From Eledone cirrhosa (taxonomy: Eukaryota): a DNA stretch of 64,000 nt. Below the pieces are notes generated by a model, which ran no database searches, was not told where the DNA came from, and worked only from the letters and a program-made list of their open reading frames with translations. The stretch lies in assembly GCA_964016885.1 (NCBI GenBank), contig OZ024744.1:118358001-118422000 (forward strand), in the 5' to 3' direction. The translations under genes and the position numbers were made by a program. Shown one piece after another: positions 1-10,740 of the stretch; the stretch's first letter is position 1; every line of letters starts with the position of its first letter.

Positions 1-183
1 ATTCTGAAATTCGTACCTCGTAACAGGTTTATTTGGGGGTAGAGATTAAGAGGGACGAGGGAGGCCATTTTTATGAATCCTGGAAAATTTCGGCCAAAAT
101 TAAAATTAAGCGAGGAGAAGGTTTTAAATAAAGCATATAACAGTAATAAGCGATATACTAGGATTTTAAAATACACAAGATTT

Positions 184-184
<1 letters not shown>

Positions 185-220
<36 letters not shown>
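185..220. repeat. (TA)n(CA)n microsatellite
   Basis: Direct reading: tatatatacacacac... Confidence 0.95.
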
Positions 221-389
221 TGTTTATGTATATATTTTTAGCTGTACATAATTCTCCTAAATAATGTTTGTAACTTTGCTTGTGGTTGTCTTAAAATTCA
301 AAATCATTTAGCCTCCAACAAGGTTGCATTGCGTAGGAGGTTTGTCGGGGCTTTTAATGATAGGACCACAATTCTTTCATAAAAACTAC

Positions 390-495
390 GTGAAATGAAG
401 TGTCTTGCCCAAGAACACAACATACTGCCAGTTTCAGGTACTGAATATACAACCTCCTTTTTTATCATGTGTACAACACTCCACAGTCAGGTCAC
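390..495 (-). mobile_element. Degenerate tRNA-derived SINE fragment (head/core region)
   Basis: The reverse complement contains tgtgttcttgggcaagacacttcatttcac, resembling the 'ttgggcaag(a/t)cactt' core common in tRNA-derived SINEs; the rest is degraded. Assignment is from recall. Confidence 0.5.
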
Positions 496-504
496 TTTTC
501 TGTC

Positions 505-1035
505 TGCTACTTGAACCTGCTTTGTGGTCGAGTGGTTGGGGACTAAACTGGCTTTCCCACCAGAACCTGGTCTAGTGAAAAGAGTACGTGGAACCACAGC
601 AGCAATTTTTAAGCTGTTAAAAGGGTAGATGAACTCCTCAGAGTCAACAGCTATCCACCCCAACTAAGGGTTAAATAACCTCACCGTCCCACAATTGGCC
701 AAGTGTGGTGAGTACAGCTACACCCCTGACATGACCAAAACCAAACAGAAAGAGGTGGAGGTCAACCAGGGAGGGGTTCCTCCAACAGGAGTGACAAGAT
801 CTTAGATTAGATGGAGGTCAACCAGGGAGGGGTTCCTCCAACAGGAGGGACAAGGTCCTGGATTAGATGGAGGTCAACCAGGGAAGGGTTCCTCCAACAG
901 GAGTGACAAGGTCCTGGATTAGATGGAAGTCAACCAGGGAGGGGTTCCTCCAACAGGAGGAACAAGGTCTTAGATTAGATGGAGGTCAACCAGGGAGGGG
1001 TTCCTCCAACAGGAGTGACAAGGCCACATACCATC
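505..1035 (+). mobile_element. Probable 5' UTR relic of a Hero/R2-group (RLE) non-LTR retrotransposon
   Basis: Motifs gctgttaaaagggtagatgaactcctcagagtcaacagc, ggtgagtacagctacaccc and aaacagaaagaggtggagg...gttcctccaacaggag resemble my recollection of Hero-type 5' leaders. An RLE coding relic lies downstream on the same strand (2715-3352). Not verified by search. Confidence 0.35.
755..1023 (+). repeat. 56-bp minisatellite, about 4.8 copies (atggaggtcaaccagggaggggttcctccaacaggagtgacaaggtcctggattag)
   Basis: Unit starts at 755, 811, 867, 923 and 979, an exact 56-bp period. Confidence 0.95.
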
Positions 1036-1770
1036 CAATAGGATCATAGATATCACAGGAACATGTTTTTACACCTGAAACAAACATTGACAAATGTTAT
1101 GAAGTCGCCACACCTGAAAGATTGAAACTACAGGTAACATCATCTAATGAGTATTGGGATTACAACTGGTTGCTTGGCAATGTGGGAATGACATATATAT
1201 TTCACACACTGAGAAGACACTTTGTTTCTGTAAATTAAGGTATATCATAATCTATAAAGCTCAGTGTGTGGTCATGCTCCTTTCTTATAGAAATCTACGA
1301 TATAGAATTTCTTCAATTGAAATTTACAATTCACTATTCGAAATAGTTTCAATTGTGTCTTGGCACATCTCATTTTTTCAATTCCACCCACAATTACGCA
1401 AAAAATAGATAAAACTCAATATTTTACGATTTTTCTCTGTCATTTAAACTGCTAAACTCTTTCCACTACCATTCAAAATACAACTTCATACTTTCTGCTA
1501 CTTTCTCTTTCCAAGCTTGATGGTGATACTGTCTGTTTTACTCTCTCATATCATCTGCTTACCTATATCTATAACCCACACATTTTGCTACTTTCTCTTT
1601 TATACTTCAAATTATTACATTTCATACGAAACGACAATTATTCAAAAGCAACAGATACATTTATTCAACAAGCGATAAATCTTTTTTAAAACCTCTTTTC
1701 CAAACACATACAAACACACTCACTTCAACAACAACAACAATCTGCCTTTTATAGATAATGATAAACAATA

Positions 1771-2233
1771 ATATCCTCTATGAGGTCACTAAACCTGCTA
1801 GAAACAGCAGCTAACTCTCCCCCATACCACACCCCTCCCTACTGTCTTAAATTTAGAAAACATATCTTCTATGAGGTCACTAAACCTGCTAGAAACAGCA
1901 GCTAACTCTCCCCCATATCACACCACTCCGTACTGTCTTAAATTTAGAAAACACATATCCTCTATGAGGTTACTAAACCTGCTAGAAACAGCAGCTAACT
2001 CTCCCCATATCACACCACCCATCCCTACTGTCTTAAATTTAGAAAACATATCTTCTATGAGGTCACTAAACCTGCTAGAAACAACAGCTAACTCTCCTCC
2101 ATATCACACCACTCCCTACTGTCTTAAATTTAGAAAACACATATCCTCTATGAGGTCACTAAACCTGCTAGAAACAACAGCTAACTCTCCCTCATATCAC
2201 AACCCTCCCAACTGTCTTAAATTTAGAAAACAC
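1771..2233 (+). repeat. ~93-bp minisatellite, 5 copies (atatcctctatgaggtcactaaacctgctagaaacagcagctaactctcccc...tactgtcttaaatttagaaaac)
   Basis: The atgaggt anchor falls at 1780, 1871, 1964, 2057 and 2150 (periods 91, 93, 93, 93). Confidence 0.95.
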
Positions 2234-2239
2234 ACAGAC

Positions 2240-2521
2240 AACCATGCAGAACAATGCCATCGCAGCTCTGTTGTTCGGCTGGCATCGTCTACGCGCGTGT
2301 TGTGCAAGTACTGTGAAACAATAAATTTCAACACTTTTTTGCACAGAGATAATATCCATAGGCGAAACTACAATTGTCACTGCTGGCGCAGCTCCTGCTT
2401 CTAGGTCTGCAATTCATTCACCCAGTGCCTGGCAGACAAAAAAGTGCTGCCATAAAATGGGTGGTGCAACCTAACTTTGGTAACTTAATGACCCCGAGCA
2501 ACGCCAGGCTTTAATGCTAGT
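2240..2521 (-). mobile_element. Possible non-autonomous Helentron/HINE-like element terminus
   Basis: The reverse complement of 2493-2521 reads ACTAGCattaaagCCTGGCGTTGCTCGGG, matching the ACTAGC...CCCGGC.TTGC.CGGG terminal hairpin pattern of HINE/DINE-1-like elements. The other boundary is uncertain. Confidence 0.4.
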
Positions 2522-2714
2522 TTCTTTATAAGGCTGATATTAATGTAAACTGTTCCACATAACCAACTCTTTGCTGGTGTGTGTATGTCAGTGCATGCGT
2601 GACTGTATGAGTATGTCAGTGTATACATGTCTGTGTGTGTATGTGTATGTCAGTGTATACGTGGCTGTATGTCTATGTGTGTGTTATGCTGCAAATTTCA
2701 AACCTAGAGCATAC

Positions 2715-3352
2715 ACTAATAGATAAGTTGAAATTTATTTTACATGACTGACTAACATACTGAGGTCATATATTGTACTTGTGACTAACATACTGAGGTC
2801 ATATATTGTACTTGTGACTAACATACTGAGGTCATATATTGTACTTGTGACTAACATACTGAGGTCAGATATTGTACTAGTGACTAACATACTGAGGTCA
2901 GATATTGTACTAGTGACTAACATACTGAGGTCATATATTGTACTTGTGACTAACATACTGAGGTCATATATTGTACTTGTGACTAACATACTGAGGTCAT
3001 ATATTGTACTTGTGACTAACATACTGAGGTCAGATATTGTACTTGTGACTAACATACTAAGGTCAGATATTGTACTTGTGACTAACATACTGAGGTCATA
3101 TATTGTACTTGTGACTAACATACTGAGGTCAGATATTGTACTTGTGACTAACATACTGAGGTCAGATATTGTACTTGTGTGTTACAGATAATACTGATTG
3201 AACTCACAGTCCCATGGGAAGAAGAGTGCAGCAACACCTTTGAACAAAAGAGTGCCAAGAACTTATGTAGGAATATAGGGAGAAAGGTTGACTGGCATGG
3301 TGGACTGCCGGTGATATCTGGCTCACTCACTGGAATGACAGGAAGAGAGAAG
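2715..3352 (+). pseudogene. Decayed restriction-like endonuclease (RLE) domain of a Hero/NeSL/R2-group non-LTR retrotransposon
   Basis: Across frameshifts it reads DKLKF..[VTNILRSDIVL]x13..QIILIELTVPWEEECSNTFEQKSAK...EYREKG*LAW...GMTGREK. This matches the RLE signature LRPDIVL...(L/I)ELTVPWE...ERKxxKY. ELTVPWEE is at 3200-3223. Confidence 0.8.
2749..3179 (+). repeat. 33-bp minisatellite, 13 copies (tgactaacatactgaggtca[g/t]atattgtacttg)
   Basis: Direct reading; it gives 11-aa repeat ORFs on both strands (2781-3191 +, 2735-3154 -). Confidence 0.97.
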
Positions 3353-3488
3353 AATGCAGATTGCTAGATACATATACATATACACATACATAAACATATA
3401 CATACATATGCACATATTTAAATATACACGTATATACACATACACATATTTAAATACACATACACACACATTTCTCTTGCAAATCTAC

Positions 3489-4174
3489 AAAATTTGTCAT
3501 TGTGGTGCTATCAAGTACCTGCGGAAAAAGGGTTTAACAAGGTCATTTCATCTGCAGGGAAGGTGATGACTTAGTTTTGGGGATGCAAAAGGCATTGCAT
3601 TTATATTCATGCTGACATGATTTCTACAAAAGATGCTCCAGCTTTAGCAACAATGTAAAAGGAGGTAGTTGTATAGAGGGAGTGTTGAAGATGACCAAAG
3701 GTCTGGATGTCCTGCAACTGTCACCATTGAGGAAAACATTGACCGTGATTCTTCAAATAGCCAATGTTATTAGCAACCCATGCTAGCGTGGAAAAATGGA
3801 CATTAAATGATGATGATGATGATGATATCCAATGGAGAGAGTTGAGACTATTCTGCACAATGAACTTGGCAGGATGAAGGTTTCTGCTCAGTGGGTGCCA
3901 TGTCTTCTGACACCTGAACAAAAGTGAACAAGGCTGATCACATCACAAGAAAATCTGACATTGTTTGAGGCAGATCCAGCTGGTTTCCTTGAACGTTTCC
4001 TAACCCAGGATGAGTGTTGGATTCATCACTTTGAGCCAGAGACAAAGAGACAATCCATTATGCTCAAAAGAAGACCAAGGTCATTTCATCTGCAGGGAAG
4101 GTGATGACTCAGTTTTGGGGATGCAAAAGGCATTGCATTTATTGCCTATCTTAAAAAGGGTCACACCATCAATT
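3489..4174 (+). pseudogene. Dead mariner (Tc1/mariner) transposase, N-terminal HTH region to first part of the catalytic domain
   Basis: It reads KICHCGAIKYLRKKGL..IHADM..DAPALATM..EDDQRSGCPATVTIEENIDR, then ILHNELGRMKVSAQWVPCLLTPEQK*TRL...FLERFLTQDECWIHHFEPETKRQS..KKTKVISSAGKVM..DAKGIAFIAYLKKGHTIN. The WVPxxL motif is at 3892 and the TGDExW-equivalent at 4003. Stops and frameshifts are present. Confidence 0.9.
3775..3826 (+). mobile_element. Short SINE/LINE 3' tail with (GAT)n inserted into the mariner relic
   Basis: aacccatgctagcgtggaaaaatggacattaaatgatgatgat; the same tail occurs at 7386-7430 and partly at 6548-6582. Confidence 0.7.
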
Positions 4175-4717
4175 TATTCTATGGTTGAAGGAGGACCATT
4201 TTATGACAAGGAAGACTGGTGCCAAATCTAGTATTTTAATATCTTTCTTAACTCAAATGTTCACCTCTCATCTATTGTATTATCTTTGACCATAAATCAA
4301 ACTGCTAGCCCTAAATGAATTCTATGTCCAGCTTCTTTTCACGTCAACAGACAGTTCCGTTTCCTAAAATAGTCCTCTTTGAACTATAGAATAAATTCCT
4401 CTCAACCAATGACATTTCTTACTCAGGCAGTACCAGGAATACTTGAAGCCCATTGGCTACTGATCACTTCACTCCCCCACTCCTTCCCATTCTATACAAA
4501 TATACCTAAAGAAAATGTGTAAATTTCATTAATCTCTGATCAATTGTTGAATACAAACATAGTGCAAGTGAGTAAATAGAAAAAATATTCCTATATAACT
4601 CTCAAAGGTCGTTATGTAATTGCTAATGAAATGTGTTAGATTATTTAATCAAACAAATCTTTCTTCAAATTTCTCCTCACTTTTTGCCTGTTTTTCTAAT
4701 TCAATATATTATTCTAA

Positions 4718-5621
4718 ACTAGCTGAATGACCCAGCATTGCCCGGGTTACTGCTGTTCTTATCCATATTAGTAAACAATAAATATGAAAATATATATTTT
4801 TTTCTCATAATTATTTCAAAATATCTACATTCTATAAAAAAATATCAAAATTGTAATGATATAGAATTTAAAAATGAAAATCTATCCATCTTGAAGCACC
4901 TCAGTGTAAACAATATTCATTGTGTAATTTTTTGTTGGTGTCCAAATGAATAAATTGTTTCTACTTCCAACTCATGAGCAACCAACATAGAGTTGACCGT
5001 GGGAGAAACATGTAGTAGAGAGATCGAGTCCAACTACTTTGAGGGATTGACCCTGAGATTTGTTAATTGAAATAAAACTTAGTTTGACTGGAAATGGAAC
5101 ATCTGTAGGTATGAGGGGAATTTTTAGAATAAAGACATTTTTTTTTTAATATTGTAAACAAATAAGTATCAACATCCAAAAGAAATATATATTAATTATT
5201 ATTTTTGTATTCAGTGTAAATTAACCAAATATAAGCAAATGTATTAACAGCTAATTTAACGGTATGAGAATATAAATATAAACAAACCGGCACACATACA
5301 CTAACACAAACATACACTTATAAACAACACACAGACATACATTCATACAAACACAGTTTCACCCCACCAGCATTTGTTATGTCAGTTGTCACAGAAATGT
5401 ATGTATACTCAAATACACTCAGATACATATACTTGTCAGTCATCACATGTAGATGTGTGTGTGTTTAATTCTTTGTGTGTGCATGTATGTTATTAAGGCT
5501 TAACGTACATAACGCACACGTAAACACACACACACAAACACAAACACACTCATGTACAAAATGTGATGTCGTCATCGTGATGTTATAAAATGTCAGTTTA
5601 ATATAGTTGACTATAGTAGAT
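4718..5621 (+). mobile_element. Probable non-autonomous Helentron/HINE-like element
   Basis: Starts ACTAGCtgaatgACCCAGCATTGCCCGGG (terminal hairpin pattern), contains CA-rich simple repeats, and ends with a short palindrome atagt-tg-actat followed by AGTAGAT. Family assignment is from recall. Confidence 0.45.
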
Positions 5622-5832
5622 TATTTTAGATAAAATGTTATATAGTTTTAATCCAAATGAAAATAAAAATTACATGCTGTTAATCGTGGGGTCTAATACT
5701 ATTACCTTGTAAAATTTGATTTGTTAAGTCATTTAAGAATACATAAGGAAAAGACAGACAGAGAAAGAATTTTATATAGAGAGAGATTACTCCATGAATT
5801 ATTGGAACCTTGTAGCATACTCAAGGAATTAA

Positions 5833-6320
5833 CATACATATATATAGATGTATATATATACATATATATAGAAGTATATATATACATATATATAGAAGTA
5901 TATATATACATATATATAGAAGTATATATATACATATATATAGATGTATATATATACATATATATAGATGTATATATATACATATATATAGATGTATATA
6001 TATACATATATATAGATGTATATATATACATATATATAGATGTATATATATATATAGATGTATATATATATATAGATGTATATATATATATAGATGTATA
6101 TATATACATATATATAGATGTATATATATACATATATATAGATGTATATATATACATATATATAGATGTATATATATACATATATATAGATGTATATATA
6201 TACATATATATAGATGTATATATATACATATATATAGATGTATATATATACATATATATATATATGTATATATATACATATATATATAGATGTATATATA
6301 TACATGTATATACATACACA
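5833..6320. repeat. AT-rich 24-bp minisatellite (gatgtatatatatacatatatata) with a few 18-bp variants
   Basis: Direct reading; the YIYIDV-type ORFs in several frames are by-products. Confidence 0.95.
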
Positions 6321-6354
6321 TCTATGCCCCACCCCATCCTCCTGCATGTAGGTG

Positions 6355-6582
6355 TCATGACAAAAAGCACCCAGTCCACACTGTAAAGTGGTCGTGTAAG
6401 CATCACAACAAAAAGCACCCAGTACTCACTGTAAATGAGGTTGATGTTAGGAAGGACATCCAGCTGTAGAAACCAAGCCACAATCAGTTCTGTATGAGTA
6501 AGACATGGTCACCTGACCTAGCATTACCGACAACAGGACAACTCGTCTGGAAAATGGACATAAAACGGTGATGATGACGATT
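6355..6582 (+). mobile_element. SINE-like interspersed repeat with (GAT)n tail
   Basis: aaaagcacccagt..cactgtaaa (present twice, at 6363 and 6411), ttaggaaggacatccagctgtagaaacc, and tail ggaaaatggacataaaacggtgatgatgac. Homologous to 7077-7432. Confidence 0.7.
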
Positions 6583-6596
6583 ATATATATATATAT

Positions 6597-6775
6597 ATCA
6601 TCATAGATTAACGTCTATCTTCCACACTAGCATGGTTTAAACAGGTTTCTCCCATTTAGAGGCAACTTGGGTTGGGTGACCATGTCTTGCTCATATAGGG
6701 GTGTTTCTAGCTGGTTTTATATGGCTGGATGCCATTCCTAACGCCAACCACATTGACAGTGTGTGCTTACATGAC
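6597..6775 (-). mobile_element. Same SINE-like family, inverted copy
   Basis: The reverse complement reads gtggttggcgttaggaatggcatccagcc...catgctagtgtggaagatagacgttaatctatgatgat. Confidence 0.7.
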
Positions 6776-7076
6776 CACATTACAGTGGGGAGGGGGGCAT
6801 ACTGTACATATGCTTCAGCTTGGGCTTGTGGGAAGTCTCTCTCTCTCTCTCTCCCTCTCTCTCCAGCTGCGTTAGGAAATCGTCATTTCCTTTCCCATCT
6901 CCACCACATGCGGTATACATGCCTGACCCTGTATGCTAACCATTCCCTCGTGAATATAGCATAGAGCAGACATGGGATGGACAGAGGCTCCGTAAGTGGT
7001 AGTGTAGGCAACCTGTCTAGGAGAGCTACCACTCCGAATAAATTGGTGTGGGGTGGAGAAGTCCAGTAAGACAACC

Positions 7077-7432
7077 TCTCTAGTGCTGGTGGCACAATAA
7101 AAGCACCCAGTCCATGCTGTAAAGTGGTGCTGGTGTTAGGAAGGGCATCCAATAAGTATATTAATGCCAAAACAATTATGAGCACAACATACAAATGCAG
7201 CAAAAACTGTGTAAACAACAATAACACTAACAATGTGATGGCTGCACACGGTGGTGGGGTGGCTGGTGCGGCCATGTGTGAGAACTGTCATCAAGCAATC
7301 GCACAGCATGATGATGATGATACACATATATATACACAAGTATATACATCTGATCTGGTTTGTCTCACAATGGGACAACTCGTCTAACCCATGCTAGTGC
7401 AGAAAAATGGATATTAAACTGTGATGATGATA
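7077..7432 (+). mobile_element. Same SINE-like family, interrupted copy
   Basis: tgctggtggcacaataaaagcacccagt...ctgtaaagtgg...ttaggaagggcatcc at 7083-7150; tail ggacaactcgtctaacccatgctagtgcagaaaaatggatattaaactgtgatgatgat at 7373-7431. Confidence 0.65.
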
Positions 7433-7869
7433 TATGTGTGTATATGATGTATGTGTGTATATATATATATATTTTTTTTTTTTCATGAATTAGTGTGTGA
7501 GAGCTATTTCTAGTGTTACCACTTGTCACATCCCATCAATCGTAATTTAATTGGCCTGAGCAATGGCTGGCCTCACATTCTTTGGGAACAAATATTTTTC
7601 TGGAATTACAAGATGTCTACTGATGAATGCTAGCTTTTGGCTTCACCATTTACCAATGTTGATCAACAGTAAATGTTCTGCATGAAATGGTACCATAAAG
7701 GTCTTGTAAAAACTTGGAGGCTATGTAAGTATAATACTTATTCTGTCTCTGTTTTTTTAGTCTGATTATATTGTCCTCTGCTAAATATTGGATATGTGGT
7801 TTCCTATGTTATTGGCAGTGTGAAACCACTGAGGTCTTGGATTTTTAACTCTAATTTTCTCATTGAGCA

Positions 7870-10740
7870 GCAAAGGTAAAATAAGGAACCATCAAAGAGG
7901 AAGGAAGTAACAAGTGAACAAATGTTGAAACAAAGAAGATTAGAATTAAGAGAAACAGAGACCTTGGAAAAAAGAGAGCCCAAATACTCTGTAAATTTTT
8001 CAAGAAAAGTGATCTGCTGACATGGAAAAGCAGAGGCAGGTTGCAGATTTGCTCATACCAGACCTCATGTGAGTTGCACACAACCAGTACATCCCAAATA
8101 CTCAAGCTAAAACTACCATGGACAGACAACACAGCAGATAGGGTCACTGCCCAGGAAATATGATGTTACACGTACTGCCCCGATGAAAAGAAGATATGTA
8201 GAAGCAGTACAGACAGTAGCTGCAGAGCAACAATCGTTTTTAGACATGGCAGAAAAGATAGTACAACAATTGATTTGGCTACATCAGATACAAAGTGATT
8301 CACACCAACATTCATGACCACTACAAAGAAACGCAGAGTGACCACCACCACTGACACTGAAATATGTTAGCAGCAGCCACTGCTAACAGCTCAAATATCA
8401 CACCAGTGCTACTGCTAAATGTGAGTGGCTAGGTAAAAGTTAGCAGCATGAGTACAATCTCCACAAGCATTCAAGCAATATGCATGTCACTAACTGAGAA
8501 GTAAGATGCAGAGGCAGAAATACACATAATGAAGTATGCTGTATTTCATCCTGACAGAAGAGAAAGAACTCTTTGTATGTCCATGAATATGTCACACCAT
8601 TAGTACTGTCACATTCCAACTCAGGCTGTGATACACTAATAGTACACATAAAGCAACTCAAAATGGTAATATGTCACATATCGATCACCAGACGCCTCTA
8701 GTTGTGAGGAAAAGTTTGAAGATGACCTCAGAAAGATTGAAGAAGTACTAACCAAACTGGATCAGAGTCTCAACATACTGCTGCTGGGAGATTTTAACTC
8801 CAAAAGGTCAAATGAGCTGAAGACCAGTGCCTCTCAGGAATGACAATACTTAAACCTTACAAAACGACTTTTCATGGAACAAAGGGCACTTCATCCAAGA
8901 GATGAGAAGACCTGAATCTCTGCTTCATAAATAACACGGGGCTCACCCACAATGTAAATATGAAACCAATGATTTTCTCGGAACATAGCATAGTAGAACT
9001 AGGAAGGTATAGTCTGAGGAAGACTGTAGATATACTACCGACAGGAAACACTTGGTCTATCAAACAAAACCTTCCACAGAACTAACTAGAAAAGGATTCA
9101 GGAAGAGCTCCCGAAGCAAAACTGGACAAACAGTTTCTCTATGGAAGATGTCCACATTAAACTTGAACAATTCATGGAAATAATATAAACTATATGCTCC
9201 AAGTTTACCCCAGAAAGAAAGGCCAACAGATACAAGAATAATATTCCCAAAGATAGAAAAATGCTTACGTGATAGAGAACAAAGATCTCAAACTGTCTAC
9301 ATATACAAGGAACAAGAAGGAATCCCATTTGAAGCAGGCACTGTTTGAAATTGCCAGTGAAATGAAACTTTCCCATGAAAAAGTTAGGACAGAAAGGAAA
9401 GCCAGAACTAAAGAAAACATAGAAATGAACCTAAGGTCTTCTTTAAATTTGCAAAAGGGACTGCCTCAGTACATTACAGGATGGGGCTAGTTTCCCATAA
9501 AAATGGCTCACTAACTGCAGACCCCTAAGGGATAAGTGAAGTACTGAATGGGCAATATAAAAGTGTTTCCACACCCCTAATGAGATACATACAAATAAGT
9601 AAACCAATTGAGTTCTTTAACACCACAGCACAACACAGAGAAACGGGAAATATCAACCACATAGATATAAAGGTGAAAGGTGCAATATCAGCCATAGACG
9701 AAATGAGACCAAATTCAGCAGCTGGCAGTGATGGTTTCCCAGCAAACTTCTTAAAATCATACAAATGAACATTAGCAAAACTACTGCAGATCATCTTCCA
9801 AAGTTCCTTTTCATGGGGTACAGTACTCAGAAAACTAAAAGATGGCATATGTCCTAAACATAAAAAAGGAAGTGGAACAGATGCTAAAAACTACCAACCT
9901 GTCTCCTTAACATATCAGCAAAGAAGAAATCTGATCACATACCTAAAGGAAATATAACCAACTAACTGACACCCAGCTTGACTTTTGTCTGGGTAGAGCT
10001 GCCTTACATAGTATTATGACTGGGTACTGAAACAATTGCTAAACTGTTCAAACATGGATGTAATATATTTCGACTTTGCAAAAGCCTTTGACAAGAATTG
10101 GTCATGGAATATGCTACAAACTTCGGAGTTTCAGCATAGCTGGAAAACTAGGTGAAAGGATTCATGATTTCTTAAAAGACAGAAGCCTGTTGCAGCCAGC
10201 AGGGTCCTCACAAAAGAAAGATCAATAACAATTAGTGTGCATCAGGGAACAGTCTTCTGTTTGTGGTGGGTCTCTGACATACCCTCCATAATATAGACAG
10301 TCTCCCTCACTTGATGATGAGCAGAAAGTAGCACAATCAAGAATCTGGTTGGTGCAACCCTCTTACAGGATTTTCATGCCATATACAAATGGACAATGCC
10401 AGAAAATCTCTATCAACCTGTAAACAAGGCCAATGCAACAAAACTACACCATACCAGGAGGTATAGAAATCAATAGAGGACCTGGGTTTTGACATGAGCA
10501 ATGATACATCACCAAACTGTGCAGATGATTGGCATGTTTCATTTTGAAGACTTTCAAGACAAGAAAGCAAGAGACCATGTTAGTTAACTGGACTATTGTC
10601 CTCAGCAGTGTTAAACTAACTGCAGAAATTTGTGTAAGCTACTCCAAGGAGATTGCCTCAATGAAGGAGATGAGATACTGAGAGAGGCTGACAGAAGCTC
10701 TACTGTCTGGAATGTGAGAGATATATACAGTGATATAGAT
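7870..10740 (+). pseudogene. Decayed CR1-group (CR1/L2-like) LINE: ORF1 Cys/His remnant, APE endonuclease and reverse transcriptase
   Basis: Motifs occur in the correct order across many frameshifts: LCKFFKK..HGKAEAGCRFAHT (~7988-8058), SNSGCDTLIVHIKQL..YRSPD (~8615-8695), NILLLGDFN (8772-8798), FSEHSIV (~8975), MRPNSAAGSDGFPANFLK (9703), KKGSGTDAKNYQPVSLT (~9861-9912), DVIYFDFAKAFDK (10058-10096), VHQGTV (~10236), DLGFDMSND (~10478), KTFKTRK (~10547), KEIASMKEMRY*ERLTE (10646-10696). Confidence 0.88.

Noticed and set aside
1871-2404. 177-aa ORF with internal repeats
   Set aside because: Product of the ~93-bp tandem repeat with frame switching between units; no protein-like features.
2735-3191. 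11-aa repeat proteins on both strands
   Set aside because: By-product of the 33-bp minisatellite within an RLE pseudogene.
5721-6481. Long YIYIDV-rich ORFs on both strands
   Set aside because: Translation of an AT-rich minisatellite lacking stop codons.
1-10663. Host gene exons
   Set aside because: No convincing non-TE coding segment was found. Small exons cannot be excluded by eye, and the window could be intronic.
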